DNA from: an uncultured Bacilli bacterium
GTDB taxonomy: Bacteria > Bacillota_I > Bacilli_A > RFN20 > CAG-826
NCBI GenBank assembly: GCA_944375905.1
Contig: CALWAS010000009.1
Coordinates: 64,078 to 128,077 of the forward strand
Direction: 5' to 3'
DNA length: 64,000 nucleotides
This document shows, in pieces, positions 28,045-36,268 of the stretch. The position numbers and the translations under genes are program-made. The notes beneath the pieces were generated by a model. The model was given only the letters and a program-made list of their open reading frames with translations, was not told the DNA's origin and ran no database searches. Numbering within the stretch: position 1 is the stretch's first letter; every line of letters begins with the position of its first letter.

Positions 28045-29598
28045 CTATTCCTCCTTCGCCTCGTCGACGAGGAAGGAAAGCGAATCGCGGCCCCGGAAGG
28101 AATTGCGCTCGAAAGTCCCGGAGAGGGCATAGGTTTTCCCAGGGGCGAAGAAGGAAGAAGGAAGGCGGAAGGAAAAGATCCGGGCTTCCTTCGAGAGGTT
28201 GATGGCGAGGTACTTCCCGTCCTTGAGGAAGGAAAGCTCGTCGAAGTCGACGTGAGGAAGGACGAAGCGCGGCTCCTCGTGCCCATGGCCATAGGGGCCG
28301 AGGCGCTCGACGAAGGAAAGGCTATCGAGGGTAAGCTCGTCCCGAGCCACTTCCATCGCCGGCCGCTCGAGCTTGGCGAAGGGATGGGCCAAGGCATATA
28401 AGGCAAATTCCCGCTCGAAAAGGGGGAAATCCTCCTCCCTTATCGAGACGCCGGCCGCGAGGGCATGACCCCCGGAGCGCACGAAGGGAACCCGGCCCGA
28501 GGCGAAGAAAGGCAAAAGGGAGGTGCCTTCCCGGCTTCGGAGCGAGCCGACGAGGATCCCCTCTTCCCCCGCCTTCCTCGCGAAGACCGCGGTCGGCTTC
28601 TCATAGCGTTCCATGATCCGGTTGGCGATGAGCCCGCTTAGCCCCTCCTGGTAGGGAGAAAGAAGGGAAACGGCGGCTTTCGAGGCATCGTAGGAAAGCT
28701 CCTCCATCGCCTTTTTGGAAAGCTCTTTCCGTTCTTCGTTGAGGGAAAGGACGTAGGCCAATAGCCTCCCATCGGCGGCTTTGTCCCCATAGGAAAGGTA
28801 ATCGACGAGGCGGGAGATTACCGGGCGCTCCTCCATCCTTCCGACCGCATTGACGGCCGGGGCGACCTCGTAAGAGAGGAACTTGGCCCCGCGCGCCTTG
28901 CCGCTCCCTAGGGAAGAGAGGGCGGGAAACGAGGTCGAGGCGAGTTCCTTTTCGGCGAGGCGGACGAGGGCGAGGTTGTGCTTTTTGAGCTCCATCATGT
29001 CCGAGAGGGTCGAAAGGGCCCCGAGGACGAGGAGATAAGGGACGCTTTTTCCTAGAAGCGCCCGCGAGAAGAGATAGGAAAGGCAACCGGCCGAAACGCT
29101 CGGAGACGGGTAGCCGATGGTTTGGGGATGGACGATCGCATCGGCCATCGGGAGATCGCCCTGGATTTCGTGATGGTCGATGACGATGACCGAAAGGCCC
29201 TGGCTTTTGAGATAGGCGATCGGGTCGTTGGCCGCGATGCCATTATCGACGGTGACGACGAGCGAATAGCCGGCCCGCGCGATTTTCTCGGCGTTCGTCG
29301 AACTGATGCCATAGCCGTCGACGTAGCGGGACGGGAGATAGGCGCGGACCGATAGCCCGTAATCGCTTAACGAGCGGAAAAGAATCGAAGCAGAGGTTGC
29401 ACCGTCGCAATCGTAATCGCCATAGACGAGGCATTTCCCACCCTTCGAGCGGGTGTCTTCGATGATCGAAAGGGCTTTTTTGACTGCCGCGTCGCCCTCG
29501 ATGGAAGGGATGTCGGAGAGAGTGGCCTCGCCTAAAAGGAAAGGCGCCTCCTCTTCCCCAACCTCGAGGAAAGAAAGCAGGCGCCTTTGGAAGTCCAT
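28045..29598 (-). CDS. recJ: Single-stranded-DNA-specific exonuclease RecJ (DHH/DHHA1 family, short form)
   Basis: 517 aa. Motifs YGDYDCDGATSASIL, TVDNGIAA, VIDHH, and GGHALAAG. The secDF-recJ-rel order is as in Bacillus, but without apt. Confidence 0.8.
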   Translation of the reverse strand: MDFQRRLLSFLEVGEEEAPFLLGEATLSDIPSIEGDAAVKKALSIIEDTRSKGGKCLVYGDYDCDGATSASILFRSLSDYGLSVRAYLPSRYVDGYGISSTNAEKIARAGYSLVVTVDNGIAANDPIAYLKSQGLSVIVIDHHEIQGDLPMADAIVHPQTIGYPSPSVSAGCLSYLFSRALLGKSVPYLLVLGALSTLSDMMELKKHNLALVRLAEKELASTSFPALSSLGSGKARGAKFLSYEVAPAVNAVGRMEERPVISRLVDYLSYGDKAADGRLLAYVLSLNEERKELSKKAMEELSYDASKAAVSLLSPYQEGLSGLIANRIMERYEKPTAVFARKAGEEGILVGSLRSREGTSLLPFFASGRVPFVRSGGHALAAGVSIREEDFPLFEREFALYALAHPFAKLERPAMEVARDELTLDSLSFVERLGPYGHGHEEPRFVLPHVDFDELSFLKDGKYLAINLSKEARIFSFRLPSSFFAPGKTYALSGTFERNSFRGRDSLSFLVDEAKEE

Positions 29599-32304
29599 TT
29601 AGTCGTTGATTCCGATGAAGAGGGATTCCTCCGGCTCGGATCCTTTCTTCTTGCCGCCTTCCTTCCGTTCGTCCTTGCGCTCGGGGAGGGCCTTCCTCAA
29701 GGTGCGTCCGGCGAGGGCGAATAGCGTCGACGCCTCATTGGCGGTCGGCACGAGGGCCGTGAGCACGAAGAAGATGCCGATGAGGAAGCCGATGAGGGCG
29801 AAGAGGAAGATCAAGCGGTAGCTGGCCGGGCCGAAGCCAAAGAAGGCGATGAGGGAGAAGCTCGCGAGGAAGGCAAAGGTGACGATGTCGCCCGCGGCGA
29901 GGGAATTGGCCTTCTCGAGGCAAGCGGCCTTGAAGGAGCGGCTCGACTTGTCGTGCTCGCGGGATTCGTGGGCGATCTCGCTTCCCCGGTCGACGATGAG
30001 ACTCCCCATGATGAAGACGAGGAGGCTAGCGGCCATCGGGGCAAGGGAGATGACCGGCGTCACGGCGAGGCGGGTCGCCGAGACGAGGGCGATGACGAAG
30101 AGCCCCGAAAGGAAGGATACGAGGGTAAGGGAGGTTCCGCGTCCCGGACGGAAACGGACGAGGCTATAGAGGAAGATGAAGAGGTAGCCGAGGCCATAGC
30201 CAAGCATGAAGGTGGCTAAGGTCGGGGTTCCTTCCTCGACGTTCACGAGATTGACCGAGGCGCTTAGCCCTTCGGTCTCACTGGCAAGGGCCTCCACCGC
30301 TTCGGCGAGCGTGCTGTAGCTCGAAGTGTCGATCGAGAAGGCTCCCTCTCCGAGGTCCTCGGTACCGTCGGCGAAATAGTCGAGGAGCGGGACGTCGTAA
30401 TAGTAGACGTTGTAAGTCGTCTCCGTATTGGAATCGTAAATGGTGGTAAGGCCGCTATCGACGACGTCTTCGTAGCCGATCGGCTCGCCTTGGTAGGTAA
30501 TCTTCGCAAGGAAGTCGACCTCGACCTCGTCGGCCGTGTCGAAGGCCGAAGGCGGGTTCTCGGTGGCCTCGACCCGATAGGCGAGGCCGATGGTCGTCGC
30601 GTCGCTATAGGCACCGCCGTAGTTATAGGGTTCCTGCGTCACGCCGGAGGCAATGGCGAGGGCGATGGCCGAGGCGCCAAGCAGGGCGAGAAGGGCAATC
30701 GAGGAGCCTTTGTAGAATTTCTTGAAGCCGGTCTTCTCGAAGGGGCCGCCATAAGGCTCCTTCATCTCCTCGACGTTGGCCGGGAGCTTGCTTTGGTCGA
30801 CGCCATAGGAGGCCGGGAGATGCTTCTCGGTCGATCCGTCGGCGGCGAGCATGTAGCCCTCGAGGCGGGTGAGGACGAGGTTCACGATCATTCCGATCGC
30901 CCCGAAGATGACGAGCATGAGGCCGGCCTTGCCGATGATGCCCGGGATGAAGCCATAGAGGCAAAGGCCCATGATGATGGAGACGATGCCGCTATCGAGC
31001 ATCGGCCAGACGCTCTTCTTGAGGGCGTCGTAATGGGCCTTCTTCGGCGAGCGCCCGGCGTAGAGGGCCTCGCGCACCTTGCCTAGGTAATATAACGAGC
31101 CGAAGAGGGTGAAGAGGGTGCCGACGATCATCCCGGCGAGGGCGCCGACCCCGAACTGGGCGGCGAAGTAGCCGAAGAGGAGGATGCTTAATAGCGTCGT
31201 CACGAGCACGTTGGCGATCGGCATGAGGGAAGAGAGGCGGAAGAAGGCCGCGAGAATCGCGATGGCGACGACATAGGCGACGATCGTCGCGATGAGGGTG
31301 GCGTTCCAAGCCGGGGTCAAATGGTAATCGCCGGCATTGATGAGGGACTCAACCGTCGCGTCGACGTTCACCATGTAGGAGAAGGTGACGTCGTAATCGT
31401 AGCTCGAGGCATTGAAGAGCGAGCAATAGTAACGGGCCGCCTTGTAGGCCGAGCCGGAAAGGGCTTGGTTGAAGGTGCCGTCCTGGATGGCTTCGCTATT
31501 GGGGAGGAGCTGGATGCGGGTGTAATTGTCGTCCTCGTCTTCTTCCTGGTACCAGGCGTTGCCCGGAACCTCGCCGAAAAGGAGGCGGCGCGCCATGTTG
31601 GGATCGTAGTCCTCGCTCGAGGAATCGTAGGCCTCGGCAAAGCTGTCGCCTTGCTGGAAGTCGGTCCAGAAGACGAGGTAGCAATCCTGTCCCTCGGTCG
31701 AGGTCGAGGAATCGCTCGTGGCCGCGATCGTGTTGTCCGAGCAGAAGTTGATGAGGGCCGCCATCTGGCCGTCCTCGCCCGGGTAGTTGACTGGAATGGC
31801 GACGACCGGGATGTTGTTCACGTACTCGATGGTCGCGGTCTGCCCGTCGAACATCGCGTTGTCGAGGTAGGCGGCATTCGAGGATGGATCGTCCTCGATG
31901 TCGGTCGCCGTATAGCCGGCCGCCACCGTGATGTTGCCGCCGGAGAAGGGAAGGTAACGCTGGAGATAGAGGTAGTCGGCCTCGCTCGAGGCCTGGGTGC
32001 GGAGGGTGACCTTGACGGTCGAATAGCCTTCGGTCGTGACGGTCGCGTTGATGTCCCAGCTTTCAAGCCGCGATTCGAACTCGTCCTTGACCGCATTGAC
32101 GGCCACGTAGTCGTCATTGACGATGTAATCGGCTTCGTCGATGCCATCGAGCGTCGTTCCTTCCTCGGAAATGCGGAAGTAGAGATCGCGCCCGGCGCCG
32201 TAGCTCACGTCGGTGTCGAGGGCGACGAGGGCCGAGGGAATGGATGCGGCCGCACCGATGATGAGGGCCGACGATAGCAATATGTAAGCAAGCTTTCTCC
32301 GCAT
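29599..32304 (-). CDS. secDF: Protein translocase subunit SecDF (fused)
   Basis: 901 aa. N-terminal TM segment, a large extracytoplasmic domain, then two blocks of about 5-6 TM segments. The synteny position between ruvB and recJ supports the call. Confidence 0.75.
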   Translation of the reverse strand: MRRKLAYILLSSALIIGAAASIPSALVALDTDVSYGAGRDLYFRISEEGTTLDGIDEADYIVNDDYVAVNAVKDEFESRLESWDINATVTTEGYSTVKVTLRTQASSEADYLYLQRYLPFSGGNITVAAGYTATDIEDDPSSNAAYLDNAMFDGQTATIEYVNNIPVVAIPVNYPGEDGQMAALINFCSDNTIAATSDSSTSTEGQDCYLVFWTDFQQGDSFAEAYDSSSEDYDPNMARRLLFGEVPGNAWYQEEDEDDNYTRIQLLPNSEAIQDGTFNQALSGSAYKAARYYCSLFNASSYDYDVTFSYMVNVDATVESLINAGDYHLTPAWNATLIATIVAYVVAIAILAAFFRLSSLMPIANVLVTTLLSILLFGYFAAQFGVGALAGMIVGTLFTLFGSLYYLGKVREALYAGRSPKKAHYDALKKSVWPMLDSGIVSIIMGLCLYGFIPGIIGKAGLMLVIFGAIGMIVNLVLTRLEGYMLAADGSTEKHLPASYGVDQSKLPANVEEMKEPYGGPFEKTGFKKFYKGSSIALLALLGASAIALAIASGVTQEPYNYGGAYSDATTIGLAYRVEATENPPSAFDTADEVEVDFLAKITYQGEPIGYEDVVDSGLTTIYDSNTETTYNVYYYDVPLLDYFADGTEDLGEGAFSIDTSSYSTLAEAVEALASETEGLSASVNLVNVEEGTPTLATFMLGYGLGYLFIFLYSLVRFRPGRGTSLTLVSFLSGLFVIALVSATRLAVTPVISLAPMAASLLVFIMGSLIVDRGSEIAHESREHDKSSRSFKAACLEKANSLAAGDIVTFAFLASFSLIAFFGFGPASYRLIFLFALIGFLIGIFFVLTALVPTANEASTLFALAGRTLRKALPERKDERKEGGKKKGSEPEESLFIGIND

Positions 32305-32412
32305 GGGGGAACCTCCAAGGCTACCTTACGCGCCCTTAAAAGGGCGGGCATAAGCGCTTAATATCTTATTCACGCCCGCGCCTAAGGGCAAGAAGGAAAG
32401 TAGCCATCGGGC

Positions 32413-32459
32413 TTTTTCGCCATTTTTAGGCCATTTTTGCGGGCTTTTCGGGCTTTTTT
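32413..32459. repeat. Five helically phased T(4-6) tracts (A-tracts on the - strand) upstream of the secDF promoter
   Basis: T-tracts start at 32413, 32423, 32434, 32445 and 32454, giving spacings of 10, 11, 11 and 9 bp. They are separated by GC-rich spacers. Confidence 0.8.
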
Positions 32460-32463
32460 GGAC

Positions 32464-32491
32464 GAAAAAAGAGGCAGCTTCCACCGCCTCT
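32464..32491 (-). terminator. Rho-independent terminator after ruvB
   Basis: AGAGGCAG / CCGCCTCT stem with one mismatch, followed by T6 on the - strand. It lies 10 nt after the ruvB stop. Confidence 0.7.
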
Positions 32492-32501
32492 TGACCATCT
32501 C

Positions 32502-33524
32502 TTAGAAAAGGGTGCCCTGATAGGTGTAGCGAAGGTGCTTGTACGCCTTCTCGGTCGCCACCCTGCCCCGGGGGGTCCTGTTGACGAGGCCGCTCATCAC
32601 GAGATAGGGCTCGTAGACGTCCTCGAGGTTCGATATTTCCTCCCCGATGGCCGAGGCGATCGACTCGAGGCCGGCCGGTCCCCCGTGGAAGCGCTCGATG
32701 AGGGCCGTGAGGTAATGGATGTCGACCTCGTCGAGACCGAGCTCGTCGATATGGAGGGCATCGAGCGAGCGGAGGGCAAGCGAGAGGTCGATCCTCTCCT
32801 TTTCCTCGTAGCTCGCGAAGTCGCGGACCCGGCGGAAGAGACGGTTGGCGATCCTCGGGGTGCCGCGGCTCCGCTCGGCGATCGTCATGGCCGCCCGCTC
32901 GTCGATCGGCATCTCGAGAACCCTCGAGGTCCTCGTTATTATCTTCGCTAGGTCCTTCGGCGGGTAGAAATCGATCTTCGACTGGATGCCGAAGCGGGCC
33001 CGGAGGGGGGAGGAAATGTCGCCGCTCCTCGTCGTCGCCCCGACGAGGGTGAAGGGCGGAAGGGGAATCTTCACCGCCTTCGAGGCCCCGTCGCGGTTCA
33101 CGATGATCTGAAGGACGAAATCCTCCATCGCCCCGTAAAGGACTTCCTCGACGGTCCGGGGGAGGCGATGGATCTCGTCGATGAAAAGGACATCGCCCGG
33201 CTCGAGCTCGCTAAGGACGACGGCGAGGTCGCCGCTTTTCTCGACGGCCGGGCCGCTGATCGACTTGAGGTTGGCCCCCATCTCGTTCGCGATGACATAG
33301 GCAAGCGTCGTCTTGCCTAGTCCCGGGGGGCCGTAAAGGAGGACGTGGTCGAGCGGCTCGCGGCGCTTGAGGGCTGCCTTGATGAAGACGGTGAGGTTCT
33401 TCTTGAGCTCGTCCTGCCCGACGTATTCCTTTAGAAAGCGCGGGCGGAGGCTTATTTCCTCGTCGCCCGGCTCCTTTTCGCTAGATAGGAGACGCTCGCT
33501 CTCCTTTTTCCTTTTCTCACTCAT
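32502..33524 (-). CDS. ruvB: Holliday junction branch migration ATPase RuvB
   Basis: 340 aa. Walker [10 protein letters not shown], Walker B LFIDEIHR, and a RuvB C-terminal winged helix. Confidence 0.92.
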   Translation of the reverse strand: MSEKRKKESERLLSSEKEPGDEEISLRPRFLKEYVGQDELKKNLTVFIKAALKRREPLDHVLLYGPPGLGKTTLAYVIANEMGANLKSISGPAVEKSGDLAVVLSELEPGDVLFIDEIHRLPRTVEEVLYGAMEDFVLQIIVNRDGASKAVKIPLPPFTLVGATTRSGDISSPLRARFGIQSKIDFYPPKDLAKIITRTSRVLEMPIDERAAMTIAERSRGTPRIANRLFRRVRDFASYEEKERIDLSLALRSLDALHIDELGLDEVDIHYLTALIERFHGGPAGLESIASAIGEEISNLEDVYEPYLVMSGLVNRTPRGRVATEKAYKHLRYTYQGTLF

Positions 33525-34084
33525 CGCTTGAGGTTCCTTAGCCCTTCCCTAATGGCCTCTTCCTCATTTAGCCCGGCCGGGAGGGAGGCGATGGCCTTAT
33601 CGACGTCCTTGCTCTTGAAGCCGAGGGCGAGAAGGGCATCCCGGGCCGAAAGATAGGGCGTCGAGGCGATGGCCTCCTTGCTTTTGGCCTCGAGGAGCTT
33701 CCCCTTGAGGTCGAGGATGATCTGGCTCGCCGCCTTCGGGCCGATGCCGGGCAGCTTCTTTAGATAGGAAAGGTTTCCGCCCTCGATGGCGAAATAAAGC
33801 TCTTCCGGGGTCGTTCCCGAGAGGGCCGAAAGGGCGGTCTTCGGGCCGATGCCCTTAACCGAGATGAGGTCGATGAAGGCTTCCTTGCTCTTCTTGTCGG
33901 GGAAGCCGGCGAGGTAGTGCTCCGATTCGGTGTATACCTCGTGGACATAGAACTTCCCTTCCTTCCCGATTTCGAAGGAAAGGGGGTCGGAGACGGTCAA
34001 AAGGAAGCCGATGCCGCCCTTCGTCTCGAGGGAGACATAGCCGTTTCCGCGCTCGGTTATCGTGCCGATGAGATAGTGGTACAT
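33521..34084 (-). CDS. ruvA: Holliday junction DNA helicase subunit RuvA
   Basis: 187 aa. An OB-fold N-terminus and two HhH motifs ([18 protein letters not shown]). It overlaps the ruvB start. Confidence 0.9.
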   Translation of the reverse strand: MYHYLIGTITERGNGYVSLETKGGIGFLLTVSDPLSFEIGKEGKFYVHEVYTESEHYLAGFPDKKSKEAFIDLISVKGIGPKTALSALSGTTPEELYFAIEGGNLSYLKKLPGIGPKAASQIILDLKGKLLEAKSKEAIASTPYLSARDALLALGFKSKDVDKAIASLPAGLNEEEAIREGLRNLKR

Positions 34085-34087
34085 GCT

Positions 34088-34174
34088 CTAAAAAAGGAGA
34101 AGGAAGAGGGTTAGGGCGAAAAGGAGCCCGGAAGCGCCGATGCCCAATAGGGAAAGCAGTTCCTTCCTATCCAT
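34088..34174 (-). CDS. Candidate 28-aa hydrophobic micropeptide
   Basis: My translation gives MDRKELLSLLGIGASGLLFALTLFLLLF. A GAGGAG lies 9 nt upstream, inside the obg 3' end. The stop is 3 nt before the ruvA ATG. The ORF fills the obg-ruvA gap. Confidence 0.35.
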   Translation of the reverse strand: MDRKELLSLLGIGASGLLFALTLFLLLF

Positions 34175-34180
34175 TATACT

Positions 34181-35455
34181 TCACTCCTCGTAGATGAAGC
34201 TGACCTCGCCGATCTTCACCTCGTCGCCGTCTTTGGCCCCGGCTTTCCTTAGCCTTTCCTCGAGACCGGCCTTCCTGAGGAGGGAGAGGAGACGCATCGT
34301 CCCTTCCTCGGTGGCCGTCGAGATCCGGGCGGCGTCTTCCTCGATTTTCTTGCCTCTCACGACGTAGAGACCCTTCTTCTCGCGGAGGAGGACATAGTCG
34401 TCGAGCCGGCCCTTCTCGTCGAGCGGATGGTAGCCCTTGACCCGCTCCTCCTCGCCCTTGAGGGGGAAGCGCGGGGCTTTGGCGATGAGCTCCTCGCATT
34501 TCTTGAGGATGGCGACTTCCCTGCCCCGTTCGAAGCTCGAAAGGGGGAAGGAGGAAAGCCCGAGCGCCGCGTCGAAGGCCTTCTTGCGCTCCTCCGCTCC
34601 TTCTTCGTCCATCTTCGAGGCGACGACGATCTCGGGCCTCTCCTCGAGATGGCCGCCATAGAGCTCGAGTTCCTTCCGGATCGTCCTATAGGCGGCTACC
34701 GGGTCGTGGAGGCCGTCCATCGCGACGAGGTGGACGAGGACCTTCGTCCGCTCGGCGTGGCGGAGGAAGCTCGTCCCGAGCCCCTTCCCTTGGCTAGCTC
34801 CCTCGATGAGGCCGGGGAGATCGGCAATCACGAACGAGTTTCCGTCCTCGAGGTAGGTGACCCCGAGATTCGGGGAAAGGGTCGAGAAAGGGTAGTCGGC
34901 CGTGAGGGCATTGGCCCTGGTCACGAGGTTGAGGAAAGTGCTCTTTCCGGCCGAGGGAAGCCCGACGAGGCCGACGTCGGCGATCATCTTGAGCTCGAGG
35001 ACGAGGCGGAAGCGCTCGCCCTTTTCCCCGTTTTGGGCGATTCTCGGGATCCGGCGGCGGCTCGACTTGTAGGAGGCATTGCCCCGTCCGCCCTTCCCGC
35101 CGCGGGCGACGAGGGCCTTCTTGCCGTCCTCGTCGAGGTCGGCGATGAGGTGGCCGTCCCGCTCGTCGAAAAGGACGGTTCCGACCGGGACCTCGACGAG
35201 GAGGTCGGCGCCCTTATGGCCATTGCAGAGCTTCTTCCCGCCCTTTTCCCCATCCTCGGCCGAAAGCAGGGGCGAGTGGCGGAAGGCGAAGAGGGTATTG
35301 AGGTTCTGGCGGGCGAGGAAGTAGACGCTTCCCCCTTCCCCGCCGTTGCCCCCGTCGGGGCCGCCGAACTCGGTGTTCTTGTCGTGGAGGAAGGAGATGT
35401 GCCCGTCTCCCCCGTTCCCGCTTCTTACTTCGACGACGGCTCGGTCGATGAGCAT
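34181..35455 (-). CDS. obg: GTPase Obg
   Basis: 424 aa. Glycine-rich Obg fold (GGDGGNGGEGG), G domain GLPSAGKST, DLPGLIEGA, and a C-terminal OCT domain. Confidence 0.92.
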   Translation of the reverse strand: MLIDRAVVEVRSGNGGDGHISFLHDKNTEFGGPDGGNGGEGGSVYFLARQNLNTLFAFRHSPLLSAEDGEKGGKKLCNGHKGADLLVEVPVGTVLFDERDGHLIADLDEDGKKALVARGGKGGRGNASYKSSRRRIPRIAQNGEKGERFRLVLELKMIADVGLVGLPSAGKSTFLNLVTRANALTADYPFSTLSPNLGVTYLEDGNSFVIADLPGLIEGASQGKGLGTSFLRHAERTKVLVHLVAMDGLHDPVAAYRTIRKELELYGGHLEERPEIVVASKMDEEGAEERKKAFDAALGLSSFPLSSFERGREVAILKKCEELIAKAPRFPLKGEEERVKGYHPLDEKGRLDDYVLLREKKGLYVVRGKKIEEDAARISTATEEGTMRLLSLLRKAGLEERLRKAGAKDGDEVKIGEVSFIYEE

Positions 35456-36207
35456 AGTGCCTCCTTTTCCTCCTTAGTGAGGATGTAGTTCTTCTTGTTG
35501 CGCTTGATCCTTCCGAGGTCGCGGTAGAACCTCAGGGCGGTCTTCACCGGATGGGTGAAGGTCGAGTCGGGGTCGTCCCGCCAAACGGCCGGGAATTCCC
35601 TGATCGAGAAGCCGTTGAGCGAGAGGAAGTAAAGGTACTCGACGTCGAAGGCCGGGCCCATGATGATCTGCTTTTTAGAAAGAATCTCCGCCAAATCGCC
35701 GCGGAATATCTTGAAACCGCACTGGGTATCGGAAAGCTTCGTGAGCCCGAAGCGGTGTCGGCAGATAAAGCGGGAGCCGGCATGGAGGATGCGCCTTACT
35801 AGCGGCTGGGGAGTGAGGATCTTGGCGCCCTTCGCGTTGCGCGAGGCAATCCAGCAATCGGCCTCCCCTAGATGGCGGACGATGTCCTTGAGAGGTTCGG
35901 GATCGGTCGCCCAGTCGGCATCCATGAACATGATGTAAGAGGCATCCACCTTCCGGAAGGCATGGGCGATAGCCGCGCCTTTGCCCTTCCTGTCTTCGTA
36001 AGGAAGGAGGTGGACTTGGATGGGGAAAGCCCCTTCTTCGAAAAGACGCTCGAGCGAGGCTTGCTCCTCCTCGGAGGAACCGTCGGAAACGACGATCACG
36101 TCGTAGGCGATGCCGAGCGAGTCGAAAAAGGGCAGCCCCTTCTCGAGGAGATTGGACTTTAGTTTCGCGGTTTGGTCCTTGACCGGTATGACAATCGATA
36201 GCTTCAT
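35425..36207 (-). CDS. Family 2 glycosyltransferase (polyprenyl-phosphate glycosyltransferase-like)
   Basis: MKLSIVIPVKDQ..., DVIVVSDGSSEE, and the DxD-like FMDADW. I take ATG 36207, since the track TTG start lies inside the upstream terminator hairpin. The 3' end overlaps the obg start by 31 nt. Confidence 0.7.
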   Translation of the reverse strand: MKLSIVIPVKDQTAKLKSNLLEKGLPFFDSLGIAYDVIVVSDGSSEEEQASLERLFEEGAFPIQVHLLPYEDRKGKGAAIAHAFRKVDASYIMFMDADWATDPEPLKDIVRHLGEADCWIASRNAKGAKILTPQPLVRRILHAGSRFICRHRFGLTKLSDTQCGFKIFRGDLAEILSKKQIIMGPAFDVEYLYFLSLNGFSIREFPAVWRDDPDSTFTHPVKTALRFYRDLGRIKRNKKNYILTKEEKEALCSSTEPSSK

Positions 36208-36221
36208 TGACGGAAGAATGA

Positions 36222-36255
36222 TAAAAGCCCCCGCCTTGCCTTGCAAGGCAGGGGC
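36222..36255 (-). terminator. GC-rich hairpin terminator closing the alpha-glucan locus
   Basis: GCCCCTGCCTTGCAAGGCAAGGCGGGGGC (- strand) contains the perfect palindrome GCCTTGCAAGGC. It is followed by TTTTAT and lies 14 nt after the GH13 stop. Confidence 0.6.
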
Positions 36256-36268
36256 CTCGGGCCGCCGT

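Noticed and set aside
32351-32360. TAAGCGCTTA in the secDF leader as a genuine cre/LacI operator.
   Set aside because: The flanks (AT...TG) lack the TG/CA ends of the 14-bp consensus. A single 10-bp palindrome match in 64 kb is within chance. It is mentioned only as a side note.
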